Shown piece after piece: positions 1-9,251 of a stretch of DNA of 64,000 nt (position 1 is the first letter of the stretch; every line of letters begins with the position of its first letter). This stretch comes from Desulfomonilia bacterium (GTDB lineage: Bacteria > Desulfobacterota > Desulfomonilia > UBA1062), in NCBI GenBank assembly GCA_050014195.1, contig JBEKDT010000003.1, forward strand, positions 160,001 through 224,000, read 5' to 3'. The notes beneath the pieces were generated by a model that searched no databases, was not told where the DNA came from, and saw nothing but the letters and a program-made list of their open reading frames with translations. Position numbers and translations under genes: made by a program.

Positions 1-5
1 TAAAG

Positions 6-578
6 ATGGACCTGTCCTATCTCTCTCGCAAACTGCCCCGTGAACAGGGCGCCCTGCAGGTAAAGGCCGGCAGCATGATAAAATCCATCGATGCCAGTAT
101 AGAATCGGTGCGGAGGATCATCATGGACTTGCGACCCGGCCTGCTCGATCATCTGGGACTCGTGCCCGCCATTGAATGGCAGGCCGAGGAGTTCAGCAAA
201 CGAACAGGCATCGAGTGCAGCATGGACATCTCCCCCCAGGAAATATCTCTGGATCGCGTGAACTCCACTACAATATTCCGCATCTTCCAGGAAGCACTCA
301 CCAACATTGCACGCCATGCCCAAGCCGCCATGGTAGAGATCTCACTCAGTGTCCAAGACGCACACCTTACGCTCCGCATCCACGATGACGGGATCGGCAT
401 CACAAAAAATCAGATTGATAACCCCAGATCATTTGGGCTAATGGGAATGAGGGAACGATCGCTGTTTTGTAATGGAACCTTTTACGTATTCACAGAAGAA
501 ACAGGCGGGACAACCGTCATCGTAGATATCCCGCTGTCGGAAGCGAGAAAGATTGATGATACGGGTACTGGTAACTGA
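6..578 (+). CDS. Sensor histidine kinase, NarX/UhpB (HisKA_3) type; C-terminal part, 5'-truncated by the window edge
   Basis: DLRPGLLDHLGL, FRIFQEALTNIARHA (N box), DDGIG and FGLMGMRER motifs. Confidence 0.9.
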   Translation: MDLSYLSRKLPREQGALQVKAGSMIKSIDASIESVRRIIMDLRPGLLDHLGLVPAIEWQAEEFSKRTGIECSMDISPQEISLDRVNSTTIFRIFQEALTNIARHAQAAMVEISLSVQDAHLTLRIHDDGIGITKNQIDNPRSFGLMGMRERSLFCNGTFYVFTEETGGTTVIVDIPLSEARKIDDTGTGN

Positions 579-1236
579 TGATCATCCTATAGTTCGGGAG
601 GGCGTCAAGCAGATACTCTCAGAGACAACCGACATTGTCGTGGCTCAAGAGGCATCCACAGGCCAAGAGGCCATAGCGTATTTATGGAAAAACGATTTTG
701 ACGTAGTCCTTCTTGACATATCCATGCCCGGCCGTGACGGGCTCGAGACCTTGAGAGAACTGAAGACCATCCGTCCCAAAACACCTGTCCTCATCCTGAG
801 CATCTACCCTGAGGAGTATTATGCAGTAAGGGTATTGCGCGGCGGCGCATCAGGATATGTAACCAAGTCGAGCGCACCCGATGAGCTCATTTCAGCCATA
901 CGGAAGGTTGCCTCCGGGGGTAAATACATCAGCCCGACCCTGGCCGAGCGCCTGACCTATGAACTCGACAAGGACTTGAGTCGCCCGTTGCATGAGTCAC
1001 TGTCAGATCGTGAATACCAGGTAATGCGGATGATCGCCTCGGGAAAGGCCATCAAAGAGATTGCAAGCGAGCTCTGCCTGTCCATCAAGACAGTAAGCAC
1101 TTATAGGGCCCGCATTTTTGAAAAGCTGGGCATCAAGAACAATGCAACGCTGGTCTTGTATGCACTTCAGAACAATCTTATTGACGGCCGGCACTTGCCG
1201 GTAAGGCCCGAACAGGAAGGACCCGCCGAGGAATAA
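556..1236 (+). CDS. NarL/UvrY(GacA)-family response regulator (REC + LuxR HTH)
   Basis: DDHPIVREG, LLDISMPG, LSDREYQV...LCLSIKTVSTYRARIFEKL; overlaps the kinase stop. Confidence 0.93.
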   Translation: MIRVLVTDDHPIVREGVKQILSETTDIVVAQEASTGQEAIAYLWKNDFDVVLLDISMPGRDGLETLRELKTIRPKTPVLILSIYPEEYYAVRVLRGGASGYVTKSSAPDELISAIRKVASGGKYISPTLAERLTYELDKDLSRPLHESLSDREYQVMRMIASGKAIKEIASELCLSIKTVSTYRARIFEKLGIKNNATLVLYALQNNLIDGRHLPVRPEQEGPAEE

Positions 1237-1309
1237 CCCGCCCAGGATCAGCAGTACATCAATCCTCACTGGGTATCCACCGGATTTATAGAAGAAGGAC
1301 TTCTCTTTG

Positions 1310-1329
1310 CTGTAAGATATGTCTTACAG
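1310..1329. promoter_or_regulatory. GacA/UvrY-box-like palindrome CTGTAAGA-TATG-TCTTACAG
   Basis: Matches the TGTAAG-N6-CTTACA consensus; lies just downstream of a GacA-like regulator. Confidence 0.7.
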
Positions 1330-1413
1330 TCAGACAAGAAAACGTATGACATAATTATCAGGAAATTTCGTATTCCCAAACATTGATTTCTGTGTCATTA
1401 CTACAATTACAAC

Positions 1414-1505
1414 AAGTGTTGTTCTGACCTCCTTTACGCCAGAAGAGGGGACAAGTCCTCTCGTGCTTTGTCCTAAGACCTAAACTTCTTCTGGCTATTT
1501 TTTTG
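1414..1505 (+). ncRNA. Candidate small RNA with an anti-SD CCUCCU motif and intrinsic terminator
   Basis: TACAAT -10 at 1402-1407; GACCTCCTTT; stem GCCAGAAGA/TCTTCTGGC followed by a T-run. The 5' end is estimated. Confidence 0.5.
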
Positions 1506-1758
1506 TTTAAAATCAGGCATCAGATGAAATTACATATCCAACAAAGATACGTCCACATTGCATGGGCTGTGTATGGGGCAGCCCATGCGTGACTTTGAGT
1601 ACCTGCCTTCGATCTAACAATATCATTTTCCTAGATGGGCTATTTTAAAATAGAACCTCACAGTTAATATAAAGCAAAGAAGTTATTTAACCTGTGGAGA
1701 CTTAATACTTGGATGGAATACACCTGCGTGCTACAATGATTGTGCAAAGGAGTTATCA

Positions 1759-2508
1759 ATGCCTGATCCGGATCTGAATGGTATTCCCCTCGAAGCTGCT
1801 TCTGACTTTCGGCCTTTTACGGAAGCACTTATTGCAAAATTCTCCACCAGCCTCCTGTCGATCTCTGTCGTTGGCAGCTGCCTGACAGGCGACTACATTC
1901 ACGGAATATCAGACATCAATTCCGTGCTTGTGCTCACCAAAACCGACGTTCCCGAACTCGAAATCCTCGCATCTCTGTCGTACTATAAAAAGAAGCATAT
2001 CAGGAGCCCTCTCATTCTGACCGAAGATTACATCACCTGCTCACTCGATGTCTTTCCCATTGAATTTCTAGACATCAAGCTTTTTCACAAGACGGTTCAT
2101 GGTCGTGACCACTTTGCCGACCTCACAATAGACAAGGCTCAACTACGCCTTCAGTGCGAGCGCGATCTCAAGGGCAAGCTCATTCATCTGCAGCGAGGCT
2201 ACGTGGCCTGCAAGGGTAAGCCAAAAATGCTCAAGGTCCTGCTCTTTGAGGCATTGCCCGGATTTTTCCCTTTGCTGAGGGCCATGCTGTACCTCGTCCA
2301 GAGCCAGGAACCTCCGGTACGGAAGGCGGACGTATTAACACAGGCGGAAGAGGCCTTCCATGTAGCCTTATCAGTCCTTCGCGAGATTATCACCTTGAAG
2401 ACGAGCAGGGGATTTTTTCTCGATCGCGACCATATATCGAGCCTCTTTAAAGAAATCTACAGGATCACCTATGATCTCTCTGTGGCAACAGATGAACTGG
2501 CTGTTTAA
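1759..2508 (+). CDS. Nucleotidyltransferase-fold protein associated with TPM/LemA genes
   Basis: VVGSCLTGDY...SDIN motif and DVFPIEFLDIK; RBS AAGGAG. Confidence 0.7.
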   Translation: MPDPDLNGIPLEAASDFRPFTEALIAKFSTSLLSISVVGSCLTGDYIHGISDINSVLVLTKTDVPELEILASLSYYKKKHIRSPLILTEDYITCSLDVFPIEFLDIKLFHKTVHGRDHFADLTIDKAQLRLQCERDLKGKLIHLQRGYVACKGKPKMLKVLLFEALPGFFPLLRAMLYLVQSQEPPVRKADVLTQAEEAFHVALSVLREIITLKTSRGFFLDRDHISSLFKEIYRITYDLSVATDELAV

Positions 2509-3247
2509 GTTCTTCCTCCTTGCATGCATACTCTTTCCCCTCGTTGCCGATGCGGCGATTGAGCAGCCTGCATCATACGTGGTCGATAATGCCGGTATTA
2601 TTGAAGAGGGCGCCAGGACAAGGCTGGCCGGGTTACTTCAGGAGTTGGAGCAGAAGACGACTGTCCAGATGATTGTCCTTACGGTCCCCAGCACGGAAGG
2701 CATCCCCATAGAGCAATTCACCATCCAACAGGCTCAGCTGTGGGGTTTGGGTCAGAAAGGAAAGGACAATGGCCTGCTCATGGTCATTGCCGTGAATGAC
2801 AGGAAATACCGATTCGAAACAGGGTACGGTTTGGAGCAAATTTTGCCCGACAGCCTGCTGGGGAGCATCGGAAGAACGTATCTCGTCCCGGCATTCAAGG
2901 CGAGTGATTATTCAAAAGGGGTCATAGATACTACATCCGTTATCGCACGCACCATTGCCGATGCCCAAGGCGTGAAACTCAGCGGACTGCCTGAGGTGAA
3001 GCAGCCGGCAAGGAGCGCTAGAGGCCTGCCTGGAGGGGCGTTGCTCGGATTTATCATCTTCGTTACCATACTCTCATTATTATCTCGTTCCCGTTCCGGG
3101 GGCCTCATGCAGGCGATTCTCATCGGGACACTCTTAGGTGGCGGCCGCGGGGGATCAGGCGGCGGCTTCGGCGGGGGAGGGTTCGGCTCTTTCGGCGGCG
3201 GGGGAGGCGGTGGGTTCGGCGGAGGAGGGGCATCAGGCGGGTGGTGA
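2492..3247 (+). CDS. TPM-domain (YgcG-like) membrane protein with Gly-rich tail
   Basis: Signal peptide, YVVDNAG, WGLGQKGKDNG, ETGYGLE, a TM helix and GGGFGGGGASGGW tail. Confidence 0.92.
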   Translation: MNWLFKFFLLACILFPLVADAAIEQPASYVVDNAGIIEEGARTRLAGLLQELEQKTTVQMIVLTVPSTEGIPIEQFTIQQAQLWGLGQKGKDNGLLMVIAVNDRKYRFETGYGLEQILPDSLLGSIGRTYLVPAFKASDYSKGVIDTTSVIARTIADAQGVKLSGLPEVKQPARSARGLPGGALLGFIIFVTILSLLSRSRSGGLMQAILIGTLLGGGRGGSGGGFGGGGFGSFGGGGGGGFGGGGASGGW

Positions 3248-3350
3248 ATCATCGTATTCCAATCAGCAGGGAAGATTCCATGTGGCTGCTACTCTTTATC
3301 AACCGTTTCGTGTATAAACGCATCAAGCGCGTGAACAAATAGGAGGTTAT

Positions 3351-3914
3351 ATGGGCAAGACCGCTCAGGTGATCATCGGGATCGTTGTCATTCTTATCCT
3401 TATCGCAGGTTTTTCCATATCAGGGTTTAACAAGGCCCGCCGCATGAATGAGGCGGTAACTGCGCAGTGGGCACAGGTGGAAAACCAGCTTAAGCGCCGT
3501 TTTGATCTCATCCCAAACCTGGTGGAGACGGTCAAGGGTTTTGCCACTCAGGAAAAAACTATATTCTTAGGGATCGCTGAGGCCAGGAAGGCCTATTTTT
3601 CCGCCCAGGATGTGGCAGGAAAGGCCAAGGCTGCAGGTGATGTAGAGCAGGCCCTCTCCAGGCTGCTGCTGCTTCAGGAGCGTTACCCGGAGCTCAAATC
3701 CAATGAGAACTTCATGAAGCTCCAAGACTCTCTCGAGGGGACAGAGAACCGCATCTCCGTAGAACGCAAACGCTACAATGACCTGGTCCGTGAGCTCAAT
3801 TCCTATGTAAAGACCTTCCCCGGAATATTCTTCGCTTCATTGGCCGGTGTGAAAGAGGCCCAGTACTTCAACGTGCCGGAAAAGGAGAAGCAAACCCCTC
3901 AAGTGAAGTTCTAA
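3351..3914 (+). CDS. lemA: LemA family protein
   Basis: N-terminal TM; RRFDLIPNLVETVKG, ERYPELKSN, EGTENRISVERKRYN. Confidence 0.95.
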   Translation: MGKTAQVIIGIVVILILIAGFSISGFNKARRMNEAVTAQWAQVENQLKRRFDLIPNLVETVKGFATQEKTIFLGIAEARKAYFSAQDVAGKAKAAGDVEQALSRLLLLQERYPELKSNENFMKLQDSLEGTENRISVERKRYNDLVRELNSYVKTFPGIFFASLAGVKEAQYFNVPEKEKQTPQVKF

Positions 3915-5776
3915 GGACTTGAGATCTCACGTAAAAACCCCGACGGCATCTGATATGTTTCCCTACCGTACAGCGCCCTCACGCGTGACCATGATAGGAC
4001 AACATGCCTGCGAGCCCTGGTGATGCCTACATACAGGAGACGCCTCTCTTCCTCGATATTCTCTGCAGTGTCAAAAGACCTTGAATGGGGCAGCAGCCCC
4101 TCTTCACACCCGACGATGAAGACATAGTCAAACTCAAGACCCTTGGACATATGCAATGTCATGACACTGACCGTTTCACCTCCTGATGCGTCCATGGTTG
4201 TCATCAGGGCCTTTTCCTGGAGATAGGAGCTCAAGTCTTTTGAATCTGCAGCGCTTGCAATGAGCTCCCGGACGTTCATGAGCCTGTCCTGGCCATCCAT
4301 TTCCTGAGAAAGGTACTCCTTATAACCTGTATCCTCCACGATCCTATGCAGCAACTCCGCCACATCAACATCAGTATTCAGGCGTTTGAAATCTTCTATC
4401 ATAGTAAGGAAAGCCTGGGCACCCCTGGTTGCAGTACCTTTAAGCACCTTCCCTGATACGGCCTGCTCCAGGGCATTATAGGCCGGTATTCCCCTCTTTC
4501 GGGAAAGGCCGAATACAGACTCTAGACTCTTGTCTCCCATTCCCCTTGCCGGGATGTTGATGATCCTTGCAAAGGCCTCCCCATCAGCCGGGTTTGCGAT
4601 GAGGCGCAAATAGGCAAGCAGGTCTTTGATCTCTCTGCGTTCGTAGAACCTTATTCCTCCATAGACGGCATAGGGGATTGCGTGCCTTACAAAGGCCTCT
4701 TCCAGCACCCTGGAGAGGGCATTGACCCGATAGAACACCCCGATCTCGGAAGGATTAATCCCTTGATCGATAAGGCGTGAGATGTTGTATGCCGTGTGGA
4801 GTGCCTCCTCGGTATCATCACTATACTCCATTATGCTCACATCACTGCCGGGTCCGCATGCAGACCGTAATGTCTTGGGTGCCCGGTAGCGGTTGTTGGC
4901 AATAAGTGAAGAAGCCGCTTTCAGGATATCTTCAGTGGAGCGGTAGTTCTGCTCAAGCGTCACGACATCAGTATCCGGGAAGTCGTCCTTGAAGCGCAGG
5001 ATGTTCCCGACATCCGCGCCCCTCCAGCCGTAAATTGACTGGTCGTCATCACCCACTACGCATATGTTCCTGCCCGGGCCTACCAGATGCATGAGGAGCT
5101 TATATTGGGCCATGTTGGTGTCCTGGTACTCATCTACCAGGATATGGGTGAAGCGCTTATGATAGCGCTCCTTAAGGTCCGGCATGGAGGAAAGCATCCG
5201 ACCCGGGAGAAAGATGAGGTCGGCGAAATCGAAGGCGCCGGAGGCCTGTTTTTTCTGCTCATAGAGGGTTATCACCTCTCCAGGGTCCAGATGAAGATCA
5301 AAGGGGATCTCATCGATGCGCCGCAGTGTGTCCTTGCTCATATTGATGAGCCAGGCAATGCGTGCATCCCATCCCCTTTCTCTCTCGATGTTCAATTCCT
5401 TGAGGCACCTACTGATGAGCGAGCGCTGGTCAGCCTCATCGTATATAACAAACGTGGCCGGATACCCTATGCGGTGTGCTTCGCGGCGCAACATCCATGC
5501 GCCGAAGGCATGGAATGTCCCTGCCCAGACCGCGATGTCATGCTTACCCAGAAGGAACCGCAGCCGTTCCTTCATCTCGCCTGCAGCCTTGTTGGTAAAG
5601 GTGAGACAGAGGATCTGGTTTGCATCCACACCTTGTGAGATAAGGTGTGCAACCCGGTGGACAATGACCCTTGTCTTGCCGGAACCGGCGCCTGCAAAGA
5701 TGAGCAGCGGCCCGTCCTCATGCCGGACGGCACGTGCCTGCTCAGGGTTCAGGCCGTCGAGAAGGCGCGCCGGCAT
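3911..5776 (-). CDS. UvrD/PcrA superfamily 1 DNA helicase
   Basis: AGAGSGKT, TFTNKAA, VDEYQDTN, GDDDQSIYGWRGA, KGLEF, EERRLLYVGITRA. Confidence 0.95.
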   Translation of the reverse strand: MPARLLDGLNPEQARAVRHEDGPLLIFAGAGSGKTRVIVHRVAHLISQGVDANQILCLTFTNKAAGEMKERLRFLLGKHDIAVWAGTFHAFGAWMLRREAHRIGYPATFVIYDEADQRSLISRCLKELNIERERGWDARIAWLINMSKDTLRRIDEIPFDLHLDPGEVITLYEQKKQASGAFDFADLIFLPGRMLSSMPDLKERYHKRFTHILVDEYQDTNMAQYKLLMHLVGPGRNICVVGDDDQSIYGWRGADVGNILRFKDDFPDTDVVTLEQNYRSTEDILKAASSLIANNRYRAPKTLRSACGPGSDVSIMEYSDDTEEALHTAYNISRLIDQGINPSEIGVFYRVNALSRVLEEAFVRHAIPYAVYGGIRFYERREIKDLLAYLRLIANPADGEAFARIINIPARGMGDKSLESVFGLSRKRGIPAYNALEQAVSGKVLKGTATRGAQAFLTMIEDFKRLNTDVDVAELLHRIVEDTGYKEYLSQEMDGQDRLMNVRELIASAADSKDLSSYLQEKALMTTMDASGGETVSVMTLHMSKGLEFDYVFIVGCEEGLLPHSRSFDTAENIEEERRLLYVGITRARRHVVLSWSRVRALYGRETYQMPSGFLREISSP

Positions 5777-7020
5777 CAGGTCCCCTCGAAGGTTATCTTG
5801 TCACCCTCGCTGAAGGGTTTGCGGATGAGTTCCCCCGTGAGCGGGACGAAGGAGGTTTTCAGGGAAAATACCTGGTTCGGCCTGATGCGATCCACTGGGA
5901 GTCCCTCGCATAAGGCACCCTTCAGCGTGAAAGTCTGCCTATCACCGGACGCTGCAAGCCATTCGAGCTCCATCCCTGCAATCAGCGGATTGCGGGCCTC
6001 CATGAGGGTCATATCGCCCTGTATGCCGATCACTTTTGCTGCAAGATGGTGAGTCTGATCGTAACCCTTAAAGTCATACTTGATGCCGTTATGGTCCGGG
6101 ACGTCTGTAAAGAACCCGGTAAAGTACTCCCGGTTGCTGACCCTGCCTATCTCCTCGATCCATTCTTGTTTTACAGAGTAACCATGGGGGTCCATCAGGT
6201 ATTCATCCCTGGCTATTTTATAAACGGACACTATTGTTGCAACATACAAGGGCGCCTTGTTCCTGCCCTCGATCTTGAGTCCGTCCAGACCCAGGGCCAT
6301 CACCCTATCGAATACGGGTAACAGGCAAAGGTCTTTGGAGTTGTAGAGAGAGGTGAACCCGTCATCTTCTCTGACCCGCATGTATTGGTCTTTTCGAGTT
6401 CGCTCCAAAAGGGCATAGTCCCATCTGCATGGCTGGGTACACTGGCCTTGGTTAGCGCCGCGACCGCACAGATAGTCGCTGATAAGGCATCTTCCGGAGA
6501 TGGATATGCACACACTGCCATGGATGAAGATCTCGAGTTCAATGTTTGACTTTGCCCTGATGAATGCAATCTCTTTCATAGAAAGCTCTCGGGCCAGGAT
6601 TACCCTGCTCACCCCGAGGGCCGCCCAGGCATTGACAGTCCGCGAGCTCACGGTATTGGCCTGGGTGCTCAGATGGATGGGCAGTAAGGGGGCCGTTCGT
6701 TTAACCAACGACAACACCCCGATATCCGAGACGATAACTGCATCGATATTGGCCTCTTGCGCCGCAAAGCGGACCAGGCCGGGGAGCCCCTCATACTGCT
6801 GATCATGGGGATATGTGTTCAGCGTCAGGTAGACCTTCACCCCTTTTGTATGGGCAAAGTTCACAGCGTCTCTGAGCTCTTCTGGCGAGAAGTTCTTGGC
6901 AAAGGCCCTCAGACTTGTATCTCCACGCAGGCCCATATACACGGCATCGGCCCCGTAGAGGCAAGCGGTCTGCAGGGTCTCCATACTGCCTGCAGGGGCA
7001 AGGATCTCGGGTCTATTCAT
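5776..7020 (-). CDS. U32 family peptidase (TrhP/YegQ-like tRNA hydroxylation protein)
   Basis: PEILAPAG, GADAVY, HLSTQAN, HGSVCISISGRC, GQCTQPCRW, KIEGR. Confidence 0.9.
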   Translation of the reverse strand: MNRPEILAPAGSMETLQTACLYGADAVYMGLRGDTSLRAFAKNFSPEELRDAVNFAHTKGVKVYLTLNTYPHDQQYEGLPGLVRFAAQEANIDAVIVSDIGVLSLVKRTAPLLPIHLSTQANTVSSRTVNAWAALGVSRVILARELSMKEIAFIRAKSNIELEIFIHGSVCISISGRCLISDYLCGRGANQGQCTQPCRWDYALLERTRKDQYMRVREDDGFTSLYNSKDLCLLPVFDRVMALGLDGLKIEGRNKAPLYVATIVSVYKIARDEYLMDPHGYSVKQEWIEEIGRVSNREYFTGFFTDVPDHNGIKYDFKGYDQTHHLAAKVIGIQGDMTLMEARNPLIAGMELEWLAASGDRQTFTLKGALCEGLPVDRIRPNQVFSLKTSFVPLTGELIRKPFSEGDKITFEGT

Positions 7021-7153
7021 GGCATAAAAGGCTATAGCGCAACAGGGCATCTTATACAAGGCTTCAAACACCTCCGGAGGCCTGCCGAGGCTGATTTTAC
7101 CTTGCCATTTTCTCCTTGACTAGAGATGGCCGGGCGGTTAATTAAGGCCCAAT

Positions 7154-7226
7154 GCCCCCGTAGCTCAGTGGATAGAGCACAGGATTCCTAATCCTGGTGT
7201 CGCAAGTTCGATCCTTGCCGGGGGCA
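7154..7226 (+). tRNA. tRNA-Arg(CCT)
   Basis: Cloverleaf GCCCCCG...CGGGGGCA; anticodon arm CAGGA-TTCCTAA-TCCTG; TTCGATC T-loop. Confidence 0.95.
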
Positions 7227-7330
7227 TGCTTCGTGTTGATGTAATATAGCAAATGGAATGGTGCGAATGAAAGAAGGGTGCCCTTTTAAAAAGACCTATG
7301 CCCCTGTGTCGGCGAGGGTATGACAAGTCT

Positions 7331-8179
7331 TCATTTAAGGAGGATCTTGGATTCCAAACGCTCAATGAAGCCGTCTTTCTCGAGGCTTGAAAAGATCTTT
7401 CCAGCGCGCCCAGGCTCGATGCCCATAATGGAAATGAGATCCTGTTCTTCCATGGTCCCTTGTGCAAGGAGCTGTTTGATGATGGCTCCCCTGACCTGCC
7501 GGTCCGAGCCCGCAAACGGTGCCTGCTTTGTATAGTGTGCACTCTTCTGGTTGGGGTTTGCCCCCTGTTTCTTGAGCATGGCGCCATAATCCATGAGGGC
7601 ATAGTACCAGTGCCTGGGGTTGCCATGATCTAATGTTGCCTCAACAAGAGGCAGTATCTCGCTATCCTTGATATCAATTCTGTCTTTGAAGAAATAGTAG
7701 ATGTAGGCCCGTCTGATGTTGGTCTCGATGAATACAACAGGTTTGTTAAAGGCAAAGGCCAGTATGGCCCCGGCCGTGGCTTTGCCGATGCCGGGTAAGC
7801 GGATTAGCTCGCAGAATGTTTCGGGGAGCCTGTCATGGTGACGGGCCATGACCTCTTCTGCAGTCTTTTTCAGATGCATGACCCTCCGGTTGTAGCCAAG
7901 CCCCTGCCAGGCAGCGAGCACATCCTTCAGGCCTGCATGGGAGAGTGTTTGAAAATCCGGGAATCTTGCAATGAAAGGACCATACTTAAGCAGGACACGT
8001 TTCGTCTGCGTCTGCTGGAGCATGAATTCCGAGACGAGTATGCAATAAGGATCAACCGTATCCCGCCACGGCATACCCCTTTTGTTCTCATTATAATAGC
8101 ACGTTATCTGTTGTTGAAAGGTATTGATACGCTTGCGGGATAGTCTTTTATCAGGAATTGCGTTGTAAGGTGCAGTCAT
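7331..8179 (-). CDS. mutY: A/G-specific adenine glycosylase (HhH-GPD), short form without the Fe-S motif
   Basis: MPWR, ILVSEFMLQQTQ, WQGLGYNRR, LPGIGKATAGAI, ETNIRR. Confidence 0.85.
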   Translation of the reverse strand: MTAPYNAIPDKRLSRKRINTFQQQITCYYNENKRGMPWRDTVDPYCILVSEFMLQQTQTKRVLLKYGPFIARFPDFQTLSHAGLKDVLAAWQGLGYNRRVMHLKKTAEEVMARHHDRLPETFCELIRLPGIGKATAGAILAFAFNKPVVFIETNIRRAYIYYFFKDRIDIKDSEILPLVEATLDHGNPRHWYYALMDYGAMLKKQGANPNQKSAHYTKQAPFAGSDRQVRGAIIKQLLAQGTMEEQDLISIMGIEPGRAGKIFSSLEKDGFIERLESKILLK

Positions 8180-8372
8180 AGTCGTGAGAGAATTATATTA
8201 TACATACCACAGTCTTCCATATCAAGTCACGGTTCTCTCCAAGAACTGCCAGCCTTAAAAAGAATTTCATCCTTCTTACTCTCGTGGGTAAATATCCCTC
8301 TCGCGTGCTCCTCAATGATCCGAGTTTGCTTTACTGGGATGAACGGAAAATAGGCTCTGTCCCTACTTCCCC

Positions 8373-8409
8373 AACAAAAAAAGCCCAGCATTACGCTGGG
8401 CTTTTTGTT
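8373..8409. terminator. Intrinsic terminator downstream of the pilin gene (bidirectional shape)
   Basis: AAAAAAAGCCCAGC-ATTAC-GCTGGGCTTTTT. Confidence 0.8.
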
Positions 8410-8427
8410 CATGATCAAATGAACTTG

Positions 8428-8895
8428 TTACTGTTTTGGAATAAACCCCGGAGGAAGCGTATCTGTTCCAGCCGGATTCCATAAACCACGTACCCCCTGT
8501 TCCACCCTTAAAGTGAGTACTTTTCCGACCCAAGTAGCGTCTATTACGTTTTTAAATGTAACTTTAATATCTACTCCAGGATTACCATCGGCACAGACAA
8601 CCGGTGTTATTGTACATGGATCTTGAACATAGGTCGCGGGGAGAGTTATACCAAGGGATGTCTGGATCATCGCTAAGGTCGTGGCTGTTGGATATACAGC
8701 CTGCGAATTGTATAACTCTATACAAGAATTACCTATGGCTCCCATAGAATGCGTCACCTCTGTCAGCCTTGCCTTTTTCGTGTAGTTGGAATACGCAGGG
8801 ATTGCGATGGCCGCCAGGATACCGATGATCGCCACGACGATCATCAACTCGATCAAGGTAAAACCTTTTTTGTCTGTCCTGAACATTTTTAACAT
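8428..8895 (-). CDS. pilA: Type IVa major pilin
   Basis: Prepilin cleavage site KKG|[24 protein letters not shown]; AGGAGG RBS before ATG at 8895. Confidence 0.9.
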   Translation of the reverse strand: MLKMFRTDKKGFTLIELMIVVAIIGILAAIAIPAYSNYTKKARLTEVTHSMGAIGNSCIELYNSQAVYPTATTLAMIQTSLGITLPATYVQDPCTITPVVCADGNPGVDIKVTFKNVIDATWVGKVLTLRVEQGVRGLWNPAGTDTLPPGFIPKQ

Positions 8896-9251
8896 TGCCT
8901 CATTCCTCCTTGGTTTGTGGAATTGCTTAAATGTATAAAATAAGCCTTGGCGCCCTGTGGCCTGATCGATAAAATCACATAATTCATCAATATTCATTGT
9001 CACAATATATATACGGATATTTTTTAAAATACTTTAAGGGTATTTTTTCATGTGAATTTGTAATCATCCGGGGTTCAGGCGGGTTCGTGATGAAAGAGGA
9101 GAACCACCATGGATACCTCCTTCCTAGAGCAATATCATTACATAATTATCAATTATAAGAGTGAAAATTTATGCTGCCTATATACTCTCTACTTCGGTTG
9201 TACACAATACTCATTTGCGGCTTGTAGCTCTTTAAGACACCAACATACTGC

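Noticed and set aside
3138-3247. GGC/GGN low-complexity repeat
   Set aside because: Encodes the normal Gly-rich tail of TPM proteins; not a DNA repeat element.
3911-5776. UvrD/PcrA lacking the C-terminal Tudor-like domain
   Set aside because: All helicase motifs are intact and short forms are common; not a pseudogene.
8227-8418. 63-aa ORF between mutY and the pilin gene
   Set aside because: Runs through the terminator hairpin; no motif or RBS.
8900-9000. Sigma54 promoter for the pilin gene
   Set aside because: No GG-N10-GC element with the right context found by eye.
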